Below, in pieces: positions 38,241 through 50,059 of a stretch of 64,000 nt of DNA (positions within the stretch are counted from its first letter, which is position 1; each line of letters opens with the position of its first letter). The stretch lies in contig NC_133618.1 of the NCBI RefSeq assembly GCF_048593235.1, forward strand, positions 653,182,361-653,246,360, given 5' to 3'. Under the pieces are notes generated by a model, which did no database searches, had not been told where the DNA came from, and was given only the letters and a program-made list of their open reading frames with translations. Made by a program: the position numbers and the translations under genes. The DNA is from Sminthopsis crassicaudata (lineage: Eukaryota).

Positions 38241-38482
38241 CAGACAGGATCTGGAGCCAGCTCCCATAAGTTTCTGATTGCTAAGTTTTCATTGTGAACA
38301 TTTATGCCTTAGAAAAAACCTAACATTACAAACTGGGGCTTGTTTTGTTGTCATTTTGTTGATTATATACACTTGAAAAAGTGACAGAGAAAATGTTCAA
38401 GCCAATTAAACATGAAAGTATATCTAGCATTGGTTCAAATTTTTTAAAAAACTGGTATTAAACATTTGCCAGCATAACCTTG
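38241..38482 (+). mobile_element. MER63-like hAT-Blackjack MITE
   Basis: Left end ctggagccagctc, internal ggcttgttttgttgtcattttgttgatt...aaagtgacagagaaaatgtt, and right end ttaaacatttgccagca match the remembered MER63 consensus. Confidence 0.7.
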
Positions 38483-38514
38483 ATATTCCCTTTCTCTATA
38501 CACATGTGCCATTT

Positions 38515-38810
38515 TATGGGATCATAGAATCTCAGTGGGAAGTAACCCTGAAATCCATCTGGGGCTAACCATACCTGAACAAGAATTCCTTCTATAACAT
38601 ATCTAACAAGTAGGCATCTAACTTTTCCCTGAGGACTTCTAGTGATGGGAAAATCATTACCTCCTTAGGCAACCTATTGTATTTTTAAAATGCTCTAATT
38701 GTCAACAAGATTCTCCTTACTTGAAGCCTAAACCTACCTTTCTACTAATTCTAACACTTCTAATGTTGTTAACTAGGACAAGTCTATAGTCTCTTCCATG
38801 TGACAGCTAA
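38515..38810 (-). mobile_element. CR1/L3 3'-end fragment
   Basis: atcatagaatctcag...gaggacttctagtgatggg...attacctccttaggcaacctatt. Confidence 0.65.
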
Positions 38811-38819
38811 TCTGTCTGG

Positions 38820-39230
38820 GAAGAGAAGGAAAGGAAGGGAAAGAACGGGAAGGGAAGGGAGGGGAAGGGAGGACAGAGGAGGAGAGGGAGGGGAGAGGAG
38901 AGGAGGGGAGGACAAGGGAGGGGAGGTGAAGAGAAAGGGGAAAGGGGGAGGAGGAAAGGGGAGGGAGAGGGGGAAGGAAGGACAAGGGGGAGGGGGAAGG
39001 GAAGAGATCAAAGGAAAGAAGGGAGGAAAGAAGGAAGGAAGTAGGGACTGAAGGAAAGAAGGAAAGGAAAGGAGAGTAAAAGGGAGGAAGAGAAGAAAGG
39101 AATGAACAAAGAAACGAATGAACAAGGGACGGAGGCAAATTTCTCTCTTTTTCTTTTCTTTTTTTCCTCTTCTTTTCCTCCTATCTTATTCTTTCTTCCC
39201 TTTCTTGTTCCTACCTTTTCTCCTCTTATT
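38820..39230. repeat. G/A-rich tract followed by a C/T-rich tract
   Basis: Purine-rich at 38820-39125 and pyrimidine-rich at 39139-39230. Confidence 0.95.
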
Positions 39231-39910
39231 GAATAGGCACTCAATAAATATTTATTGAATTAAATTAAATTGATTTTTTATTATCATTTGATGAGAAGTT
39301 GTGGATATATTTTGATTATACAATGGAAGGAATCCTAGATTGATGAACTGAAACTCTCAGCATATTCAAGGAAATGGCAGCTTTCTAGATCATCCTAGTT
39401 TAGGTCCAAGGTGCAATCATCCCATGGGTGACTGATATCTAGAGACATTCAGGGCATATCCCCCCACATGCTGGTAATACAAATATTTGGTTCCCATCAT
39501 TAAATTAATATAAAAAACTATGGAGATAATGTCATAAGACCTGAAGGTCATAAACGGTTTTTTTCAGACATTTCAATGAATCCATTCCTCATTTCCCTCT
39601 TTAGCTCACTACTCTATTAAAAATTAAATGCTCCCAAAATTATGAGAAAAAATAATTAGAATAAAATTTTTCTGTGCCCCAATATTTATATTGTAAATAC
39701 TCTCATTTATCAGCTGTCATTTGATTTGACTTGATTTAAAATGTTTGTCTCCAAAGAGAAGCTACAGATTTCTTTTGTGAAATTTTTAGAATTTTTGGTC
39801 TATTCTGTCAAACTTGCCCAGATAATAAAAACAATCTCAGACAAGAAAGTTATTCCTACCCCATAATACATTAATTCAGGAATCATGAAGCCCCTTTATA
39901 TCTTGACTAA

Positions 39911-40182
39911 TTTTTTTTCTTTTTTTGAGACTTGGTTTCCCCACATTACTCAGTTTGGAAATCTAGAAGCTACTAATGGGCCCAATACTCATTAACACAG
40001 AACTTTAACCTGCACTTAGGTCAGTTCATCCCTTATTGGCCTCCAGTTTCTAGAGGTTCACCATTTTGATTCTAGACAGTACTGACTCCCAGTTACTTAG
40101 CACACAGCAGCTAAGAACTCTGTAACTCAAATGATCCATAATCCTTAGCAGTAGTGTACTGGCCTGTGCCACCATGTTTAGC
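39911..40182 (-). pseudogene. 7SL (SRP) RNA retrocopy or 7SL-derived retroelement
   Basis: Minus strand GCTAAACATGGTGGCACAGGCCAGTA...GGATCATTTGAGTTACAGAGTTCT...ATCAAAATGGTGAACCTC...GATGAACTGACCTAAG...GCAGGTTAAAG...GAAACCAAGTCTC then an A-tail. It aligns collinearly to both the Alu and S domains of 7SL RNA. Confidence 0.8.
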
Positions 40183-41137
40183 TACATCAAATGTCTGTAA
40201 GACATTATGGTTGAAAAAATGACTATTCAGTGACCAGTTTGGAAAGTAACTTCTTTAAGCTTTGAGTTGTCTTCAAAAAAATAATACATAATGTCTACAT
40301 CAGAACCATACTCCAAAACTTTCCTACATGAAAGTCCACTCACACAAGATTCAACCTGTGTCACTACCAGAGGTAATGATCTCTACCAAGAAATGGAAGA
40401 GTAGGGATTGATGGAAGCTTTCCCCATCAGATTCTCTAAAATTTGAATGTTTCTGGGGGTCAATTTCCTTCAATTACAGGACCTATAATCTTTCCTCCTA
40501 GCTGCCAGGCAGATATTTTCAATAGGCATATGCTTCTTGGAACCATTGAGTAGGGACAAAGTGGTCATTTTTGGAAGGCCTCTCTTAGCTCTTTCCCCTG
40601 GTGGAGAGGGAGGCAGGACAGAGCAGCTCTGCATCCTATGCTGTGTTCTGTAGCTCTGGAAGTTAACACTAATATCAATCAAGTTAGCTTCCAGGGTAGT
40701 GGGGACGAGCAGAAAGTGTAGGTTACTCTATTGTTCCTCTTTGACACAAAAAAAAATTTGGGGGGGAGGAACTTTCATTACAATGTTAAGTTGATTATTC
40801 CTATTAGTAAGCCTTTTTTATCCCAAGATAACTTAGATATAAATTCCCTACTATTTAGGATTCCCAAAGCCAATAATTGATGAGGAGACAAGAAACTCTC
40901 TCCTCTCTCTTGAAACACAACAAACTGCCTTCAAAACCAATCATTGACCAGACATGGACCAATTATGACTATATATTTTCTATGCACTATAAGTAACTGT
41001 TAAAAGAGGTCTGTAGTCAGGAAACTGCTTGCTCCATAGAGACACAGTCTCTGTGTGCCATTTGAGCCTTATCCCTGCCCATACTTGTAATCAAATGTAT
41101 GGAATAAACAAACATTTTTACTGACTTATATTTTAAA

Positions 41138-41141
<4 letters not shown>

Positions 41142-41182
<41 letters not shown>
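41142..41182 (+). repeat. Pure poly(A) tract (41 nt)
   Basis: Directly visible. Confidence 0.98.
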
Positions 41183-41184
<2 letters not shown>

Positions 41185-41489
41185 TTGGGCTTTCTTGCCA
41201 CGAACAGGTTTTTGTGAAGCAAATCCTGCTTTGAAACTGGGTTTATGTCTCCTGCAGCCCCAAGACCTGAGGAATTTCAGATGCTTTTCAAAATTCACCA
41301 AAGCTCCTTCCAATATAATTGATTCAAATAAGCTACTCAAGAACCTAGAAAGCTAGAGCTGCAGGATGTTAATTTCTTTGTACAGCATTGGGACAGCATG
41401 AATTTTTATGAAAAGAAATGGATAAGGTTGTCATATTTCATAAAAAACACATTTGTCCTTTTGAGTAAAACCACAAATGGCTGAGTTAC

Positions 41490-42540
41490 AATATCCTTCT
41501 GAGCTTCTCTCTGTTTCTCTGTCTGTGTCTCCCTGTATCAGTCTCTCTGTCTCTGTCTCTTTCTCCCCTTTTCTTCTGCTTCTTCATTTTTCCCCTACAT
41601 ATCTCTCCATCCATTTTTCTCTTTTTGCTTCTCCCTCAATCTGTTTTCTTTCTTTTTCTGCTTCTCTTCTCCTCTCTTTCCCTTCCTCTCTCTTTTCCCT
41701 GCTTCTTTTTCTCTCCCTTTCTCCTTTCTTCTTGTTTTCCTCCTTTCTCCCTCCTTTTCTTTCCCTCCCCACTCTTTTTCTTCCCTCTCTTCTTTTTCTT
41801 TTCCCCTTTCTCTCTTTCCCCTCTTTTCCTCATTCTCCCTGTCAACTTTCTTCCTTTTCTCTACTTCCTTCTCTGTCCCTGATTCTCTTTCCCTCCCTCC
41901 TTCCTTCCTTCTTTTTCTCTTTCCCTTTTCACTTCTTTTCTCTAACTCCTCTTTTTCTGTTACTTTCTCCCTCCTTTTCTCTCTTTCTCTTTATCTCTCT
42001 CTCTCTCTCTTGATGACCATTGTTGGCACTTGAGCAGTCAGGGACATGTATACTTTCTCTGATATGAATTTCCATTTTCTATCTCAAGTAATCAAATGCC
42101 AAATGGAACAAGGAATTATCTTGCCTTCTTTTTTTCTTTCCCTCTCCCCTCCCTTCTTTTCTCTCATTCCCTATCTTTCTCTGCTTCTTTCCTTCTCTCT
42201 CCCCTTTCCTTCCTCCTTGATGACCATTGTTGTCACTTTAGCAGACAGGAACTTGTATACTTTCTCTAAGTTGATCTCTGGTGTGACTTTCTATTTTGGA
42301 TCTCATATAAAATCAAACACCATATGGAATGAAGAATCACCTTGCCTTCTTACCCCCTTTCCTTTTCTATTTCCTTCTTTTCTCTCATTCCTTCTCTTTC
42401 TCGTTTCTTTCTCCCTCCTTTTCTCTTCCCCCCTCCCCTTTCCTTCCCCCTTGAAGACCATTGTTGGCACTTTAGCAGCCCTAAGTTGATCTCTGCTTGA
42501 ATTTCCATTTTAGATCCCATGTAACCAAATGGAAGGAGGA
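41490..42540. repeat. CT-rich tract grading into three diverged tandem units of about 207-234 bp
   Basis: Shared block ttga(t/a)gaccattgttg(g/t)cactt(g/t)agcag starting at 42010, 42217 and 42451. Confidence 0.9.
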
Positions 42541-43560
42541 ATCTTCTTGGAATGTGCGCTGGAAGTTCCTAGAGCCCGGACCCTAGATCGGAGGGGCATG
42601 AAATGTTTATTAAGCACATTCCCAGGGCCTCTCTTTCAGACTGGCTCTGATAAAAGCCCTTTTTGCGGTGTACCCTGTTTCTTCGGGCCTGGAAGCAAGA
42701 CTGCTTTTCGACATCCCGGGGAGAGAGTGCCGTTTGATGAATGCAGGAGACGGCAGCTAGGTGTCAGCTCTTAGAAAATGAGGCAAGGACATGAGGTATT
42801 AATATTGTCAATGATCTCTTGACAGGAAAACAGATACTGCATTCACCGTCAGATTTAAATAGACATCAAGAGCATTAATGACACAAGGGCAGACTTCAAA
42901 CAAAGGAGGCTGTGTGGTAGTGAGTAGAGCCAGCCTCAGAGCTGGCGAACGCCTGATCCGAAAAGACATTGTCAGGAGTACAGACAGGCCCGGGATTGTG
43001 TACGGTGACAGAAAACAGAGATGCTGACAGAGATACCGAGGCCATATTATGCCAAGTATATTCTAACGCTGTCTACTGCCCTAACTAAAGCTGACATCAT
43101 TTCCTATCACTTGTAGTATTCTCCTTCTGCTCCTGGAAAAAAAAAAAAAAAAAAAAAAAATCCCTCCGCAGACATCATTACAAAACCCGCCGCAGTTGTA
43201 AAGTCCTAACAGGCCTGCTCCCGCACGAAGGTTGGGTCTCGGGGCCTAAGGAGAACCTCGGTCAATCTCCATTTGCGGTCTGCACGATTGGGGGGCTGGG
43301 GGCAGGGCACTCTCCTTTCGCCTCGAATCCCCATCACTTGAGGTGATGGGAGCGCTAAAGTGTGAGGGGCTGTCACCTCAAATCCCATCCGGGGAGGAGA
43401 GATGCTCAGTTGTTGGGCAGGCTGCTCGGCGGAGGCGCAGGGACCGTCTGGCGGCCGAGCGACTGCCGCTCGCCTAGGGAGAAAGGTGCTCCGGCTAGTG
43501 ACAGTTAAAGTCGGCTGAAATTTTTGAACTCTGGCAGTCCTGTAATTGCTCCTCGGAGTC
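42540..43560. promoter_or_regulatory. Intronic CpG-island-like element
   Basis: About 40 CpG counted by hand in about 1 kb, roughly 25 of them in 43160-43560. The background is strongly CpG-depleted. Confidence 0.7.
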
Positions 43561-43692
43561 CCCCAATTCTCCTCCTTTTCTACCTAGATTCACAGGGGCC
43601 TTCCCAGCTGGGATATGATTGTTTCAGAAATGGAGCTTGTGTTTAAAAAAAAAAAATTAAAAATCACCCAAAATAAAAAACAAAATAAGATG

Positions 43693-43754
<62 letters not shown>

Positions 43755-43767
43755 ACACACACACACA
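43693..43767. repeat. (CA)n microsatellite
   Basis: Directly visible, with two TA interruptions. Confidence 0.98.
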
Positions 43768-45374
43768 AAGGGCCAGATCCTTTGTGTTGCTCTGGGACTT
43801 CAGGGCTCATGAAAGGTTATTTATCAAATGACAGGCTTGGCTCGTGGAGGAAGGGAGGTAACTGTTTTCCTCTCTCGCTCTTCTCCCATCTTCCCAAATA
43901 TTTCCCTGTTTCCAGCTACGTCAACTGATATAAATGGTGAGGATGACACGAGACCGGTTCCCCTCTGGAAGACATCGGATGAGGTGTGCCAGAGGTCCAA
44001 ATTTGGGAAACCACCTCTTGTACCTCAGTAGGAGCCGGTTTCCGGGCACATCTGCAATGCATTTATTTGTTTGTATCTCCTCTACTTATTATGTCTTGGG
44101 ACTGGAGGAAATACAACACATTCAATGACATATGTGGTGTTTTTAATTAAAATAGCTGGCTCTGGTCATAATAAGCTAAGCATGCTTATAATACATCAGT
44201 GCAATGCACAGCTGTCAGAGCGCAGCGGCTGTTCAGGGCCCCCTGAAACATGAGGATGTATGGTCTCCTGAGGGATCATCTCTTGCCAAATGAGACTCCT
44301 AATTTTTCTTAAGTGGCCATCTCCACCATCACCATAAGCTCTTAAAACTATAATTATGAAAAAATTGTATTGGGAAGAATCTGTTTTAAAGACGCTCTTT
44401 ATCTTTTCAATGTTTTCCCCCTCTGGAATGCGTGTTCTAATTATGCAGGTTAAGTTACAGCCCTGAAGATGCCTGTGGGGAGCCAGGAATTAGCCTCTCT
44501 CTATGCAGTGATAGTATCACTGGAGGGTTGGCTGGGGGAGACCCAACTGACCCCAGACTTGAGTTATTTAGATAGGAAATAGTGTCCAGGGTGTATTGGT
44601 TGGCCCATGACTGTCAGAGTACCACAGACAACTTTTTTCAGCAGTCTACCTACTCTAGGAAATGTGGTTGAAGCCACTTTCACTTTTCCTTGAGTTTTAG
44701 GCTGAAAATCTAGAATTCAGTTAATCCAAGATATAAATGATAAAATGAATGGGAAGTGATGATCACTTCTACTTTTAGGCAGAAATTATATTCCTCTGCT
44801 TTGGCCCCCTCAGAACTGAGAAATTTCTTTTATATTAACATAAGTTTTGCCAGTGACAGTATCAATGGCAGAAATGGTATTTGAACTAGGGTCCTCTCAT
44901 CCTAAAACCCATTAGTATTTCCACTTACCATGTTGCTAGCCATCAGGGAGAAATAAAGATTTCTCAATACACCAATAATAATACAATAGCACTTTAAATC
45001 TCACAAAGAAGTTTGCAAATATTGTCTCTTCTGGTATTCACAGCAACATTGAGAATGCAGTTAAAGATGCTTTTTTGAGAAAAAAAATACTACTTATATA
45101 TCAGTAATAGAAATAGTCCTCATATTCTTTACTCCTTTTAGTTAAGTATTATTATTATTATCACCATCACCATCATCATTACTATTATAGTTGACCACAT
45201 ATTTTATGGTCCAAAGTAATAGAATAACAATAACAGTAATAATAATTGGCAATAATATACATATTTGAGGTTTTAAAATTTTTTAATTCATATTGTCTCA
45301 TCTAGGCCTCAAAATAGCTCTGTCAAGTAGGTATTACTCATGCTTTTATCCCATTTTATAGCTGAGATAATTGA

Positions 45375-45540
45375 GGATGATGCTGTTCAGTCTAATCTGA
45401 CTCTTTGTGACTCCATTTGGGTTTTTCTTGCAAAGATACTAGAATGCTTTGCCATTTCCTTCTCCAGTTCTTTTATAGATGAGGAAAATGAGGTAAACAT
45501 GATAACATGAGTTCCTGAGAGTCACCCAAGTAGTAAGTGG
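45375..45540 (-). mobile_element. MAR1-like SINE
   Basis: ctgactctttgtgactccatttgggtttttcttgcaaagatactagaatgctttgccatttccttctccag. Confidence 0.8.
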
Positions 45541-47219
45541 ACTAATATAATACTTTTAAAGGACTATATAAATATGAGCTATTATTATATTAAGAAGGTA
45601 TCTGCAAACAGAGCTGGATAGAGAATAAGAAATAATAACTTATTTTCCATTATAACCTTCTACTTGTAAATGTGTGATTCCAGAATCCTACTTTCTATAT
45701 GCTTATATATAGATGTTAGTGACAGAAAAAAAGCAAAGAACACACATCTGATCACATGAACTCTCCTCTCTCTGCTCCTTTAAGATCTTTCTGGAGTTAA
45801 CTGATCTCCAGTGCTAATTGAGTCTATAGAGTAAGATTTAGCTGCAAAGCTGTGACTTATGGATTGACGGGTCTGAAGAAGGACCTCTACCATGCTCAGT
45901 GAAAACTAATGCTCTCCCCTTTCCTTTCTCACCTCTCCAATCCCCAGGGACCAAGGAACCGTGTTCCCTCTTTCTCTTATTATCACCAGACATGTCAAAA
46001 TAACATTTAGGAATGAATTAAATGTTGGAGAAAGAAGTGGAAACTTCCATTCTCTGAAGAAATTAAACCAAAGAAGCAGCTGCAAACAGTTTATTTAGAA
46101 AGGCCTAATAAATTACTCCCAAGCCTGGCCAATGCAGGGTTGAACTTGTGAGGACTCTGAGCCTGGTTTCAAATAATGTGAGTAAAAACAAAACACAATT
46201 TGTTCACCTGAATTTGAGCCCTCCCTTCCCCCACCATTTTTGTCATACTGGAAGTATCTGTGGTTCTAAGATCTAGAAATATCTGTGCTTTTAACAAGGA
46301 CCACTGATCTACTAAAAGATTTGAGGGACCCAAGAACCCGTTGGTTTAGGAGTTCTGCTAAGAGATGTTAAGTACATACTGCTAGGATGAGAAAAGTTGG
46401 ATGATTAAAGTTGGAAAAAGGCCTTTTTTGGTTGAGGATCTGGATGTGTTCTATGTTACAGACAATAACAAAATGTTCAATTCAGTTTAATTCAATACAC
46501 AATTATTAAGCCCCTGCTGTGTTCCAGGCATTGTGCTAGGCATTAGGGATACAAAAACAAAAGTCTCTACTGTTAGGAAACTTAAATGGAAGGAAGGGTG
46601 GTGGGAATGAAGTAAACAATCAAGTAAATATAAAGTTGTTATTTACTTTATCAAGCAAAGGGACAAGGAAAGGCTTCAAAGAGAAGCTGGGAGCCTTAAG
46701 GGAGAAAAAGATTACAACATCATAATTGAATTGAATTGAATTGGAGTATAGGCTGCAAATCAAATATATTATTTGTACATGGTTGTTCAAGTGCTAAAGA
46801 TAAATGAAAAAATAAATTGAAAAGGTCTCAGAGAAAGGACTTTCTCCATATTGGTAAAAATTGAATAAAAAGTCATAGTTTCAACCCTTATCCTTCTTAC
46901 ACTATTCATACATAACCATCCCGAGTCCCAAGCTTGCTTTGAAGGAGATTTTAAGTGAGACAAGGAGAGGTTATAACAGCTATAGTGGAGACTTGTATCT
47001 AGCTCCTGTTCATGAAAAAGACAGAGAAGTGACTAGATACAACTCTTGGAATATACCCAAATGAGGACCTTCAGGTCACAAATATTCATTCAGGATTGGA
47101 ATTTGGCCAAATGTCTTCTTTTATTGTTTGTTAATATTGCTAAGTATTGAAATGACATATGTCTTATAAAGTCTGGAACAGTGGTAAGATTTCAAAAAGC
47201 TGAAACTTGCTTCTCTGTA

Positions 47220-47900
47220 ATTTCTACACACTGGTTTTAATCTCTATCCTCTAAAGTTTCACAGAATAAGTTTAATGCATCTTCTAGATGACAGCCCTTC
47301 AAGCATTTGAAGAAAGTGATTATGTTTCCCTCAATCTTTTCTTCTCCAATTTACACAGTTCCAACTGTTCACACATCCTCATATTTCATGATATTGGCCC
47401 TTTTCCCATCTTCTGACCAAACTCTAGATTATCAATATATCTTTCTAGATTAACAATATGGTGGATTGATCTGATTATGTCAGTTTAGCCCAGGATAGAG
47501 TGACACTATTAACTCCTTTATTGTATATTTCATGCTGTTGTTATTTATGAAGGCTGAAGGTGCATTATAGATATTTTGGTCATTCATGTCTCAATGCTAA
47601 GTCTTTTCAAATTGGAAGTCAACTAATATCTACAAGTGTTTGTTTTTTTTTTTCCCTTGAATAAGCATTCTTGGAATAATATTCTCTTAACTTCTACTTG
47701 TGTATTTGATTTGTGAACTCCAGTGTGCCTCTTTATATTTATCATAGATAAATTTCATCTTATCTTCAGACTATCATTCTAGCCCATCAAAATATTTTTG
47801 AATCTTGATTCCGTTATCCAGTTTACAAGTCATTCTTTCCATAATTGTATCATACACAAATTTGAAAACAATATCATCTCTTTCTTTATTCAAAATGCTT
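47220..47900 (-). mobile_element. CR1/L3 RT C-terminal fragment
   Basis: Minus strand near 47830-47865 reads KFVYDT (CR1 KFADDTKL box). The 3'-end-like cttctagatgacagcccttcaag lies at about 47281. Confidence 0.65.
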
Positions 47901-48429
47901 CAAGACTTGGAGGGTCTATTGTTTCACTGAAAATGAAGATTAAAAGTATTATATAGTTCCATAGATCACATACATGAAGGGTTAACTCTTGCCAAGACCT
48001 GTGCTAATTACTAGAAAAATAAATACAAGCAGAAAAAAACTCTCTATCCTAAAGAATATTACACCCTAATAAGATCTAACAACCTGAAGAAGACTGCAGA
48101 TCTGGTTGGCCTGGGAATCAATCTTAAAATGGATGTTTTAAGAGAAATCAGTACATCATAGGAAGAGGCCAGAGGGACAGAAGATACTTCCAATTTGTGA
48201 AATCTAAAGGTGGAAATAGTTTCCAGAGTAAAAGTTCTATATGGCATGGTAGAGGAAGACCCAGTAAGAAAAAAAGAGAACCAAGAATGTAGACTGGAGT
48301 CTATGAGCTTCTGTTACTGAAATACTTATAACCTTAAAGCTAATCTGACGTTGTTACTCTCCTATTTAACTAGGTTGGATTCTTGGGAGTGGTTGTATAA
48401 TCTCTCACTGACACAATTCAAAATAAATA

Positions 48430-50000
48430 TACTTAATAAGACAGAGGTATGAGCCATAATAATAAATTCCCCCCTCCAGTATGGCATCAATCTATTAACC
48501 AGTACTTCAGGTATGGATAAGCCTTTTCACTCTCTTTAACTAACTCACAAAGCCACCATCCTGAATCAGCCCCATTTTATCCTTTACCAAGACCAGTAAA
48601 ATAACTTCCTATTGAGTGGCTGCCCATCAGTTGGGCAATGACTGAATAAGTTATGATATACAAATGTGATGGAATATTATTGTTCTATAAGAAATAACGA
48701 GCAGGGTAATTTCAGAAAAGCATAGAGAGATTTACATGAACTGATGCTCAGTGAAGTGAGTAGAACCAGAACATTGTACATAGCAACAAGATTATGTGAT
48801 GATCATAATGGACTTGGTTCTTTTCAATAATGAGATGATTCCAGGCAATTCCAATAAACTTGTGATGGAGAGAGCCATCTACATTCAGAGAACTACAGAG
48901 ACTGAATGTGGATCAAAACATAGTATTTTCACCCTTTTGTTGTTGTTTGTTTCCTTTTTTTTCTTTTTTTCACCTTTTGATCTGATTTTTCTTGTGCAGA
49001 ATGACAAATATGGAAATATGCTTAGAAGAATTGAACATTTAACCTATATTGGATGACTTGCTGTTTTGGAGAAGGAAAGGCAGGGAAGAAAGGGAGAAAA
49101 ATTTGGAACACAATTTGTTTTACAAAGATGAATGTTGAAAACTATCTTTGCATGTAATTGGAAAAATAAAAAGCTATTAAAATAAAATTTTAAAAATCAC
49201 TTCCAATTGATCTCCCAGCTTTTGGGTTTTACAGTTTCAATTACATTTGCCCACAAAGGTGCCCAAAGAATCTTCCTAAGATGTAAGATTGACCCATTTC
49301 ACTCCTCTGCCCAAAAGTCCTCATTGAATTCTCACTACTTATGGGATAAAATAGAAACTCTTGTATCATGCATTTAAGGTTACCCATAGGCTGGCTACAA
49401 CCTATCTATCCAGCCTAATTTTATCTCATTTCCCTTATTGAATTCTAACTGGTCAGTGAACTTGATACTTTTCTCTTCTACCCTCATGTATTTGTACCAT
49501 CCATTTCCCAGATCTAGAATACATCTTCTTTTTCTCTGCATCTCTTTGAATCAAGGCTCAATTTAGTTAACATTTCCTCTCCAAACTTTCCCCAATTCCC
49601 CAAGTTGCTGATACTCTATGCCTCCATGAACTATGATAGCTAGCATTTCTATCTTGCTTTATGCTTTACAAAGCACTTAAAATATTATTTCAGCTTATCC
49701 TCACAACCACCCCTGGAGGCAAGTTACCTATTTTATAAAGAAACTGGGGCAGGTAGAGTTTAAATGGCTTGCTCAGGAACACATAACTAGTAAGTGTTAG
49801 ATAACTAGTAAGGTCAGATTTGAACTGAGATTGTTCTTGTTCTAGGTCCAGAGCTTTATCTACTATATCACCTAGTTGTCTGATGAATATATGTATATGA
49901 TGTATATATCCTTCCTTTAAAATATAAATTTCCTGATGGGAAGGGCTGATTCATTTTATATTTCCTATTCCTAATGCCAATGCCTTGCAAATAGTAAGTG
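48430..50000 (+). mobile_element. L2 fragment interrupted by an L1 and a MIR
   Basis: Degraded L2 sense motifs (cccaaagaatcttcctaagatgtaagattgacc) resume after the L1 TSD, and again after the MIR at 49620-49880. Confidence 0.55.
48616..49193 (+). mobile_element. 5'-truncated LINE-1 with diverged 17-bp TSD
   Basis: TSD aaataacttcctattga (48599-48615) and aaatcacttccaattga (49194-49210), 15/17 identical. Internal atttacatgaactgatgctcagtgaagtgag. Confidence 0.9.
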
Positions 50001-50059
50001 TACCTTTCGCTCATTAAATATTCAAAAGTGTTTCAATGATATGTTCTAGAATTACATGA

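Noticed and set aside
38773-39244. Pro/Ser/Leu-rich and Gly/Arg/Glu-rich ORFs
   Set aside because: Purine/pyrimidine low-complexity translation.
41477-42489. 178-aa and 147-aa hydrophobic ORFs resembling membrane proteins
   Set aside because: F/L/S richness is explained by CT-rich repeats, with no splice or homology support.
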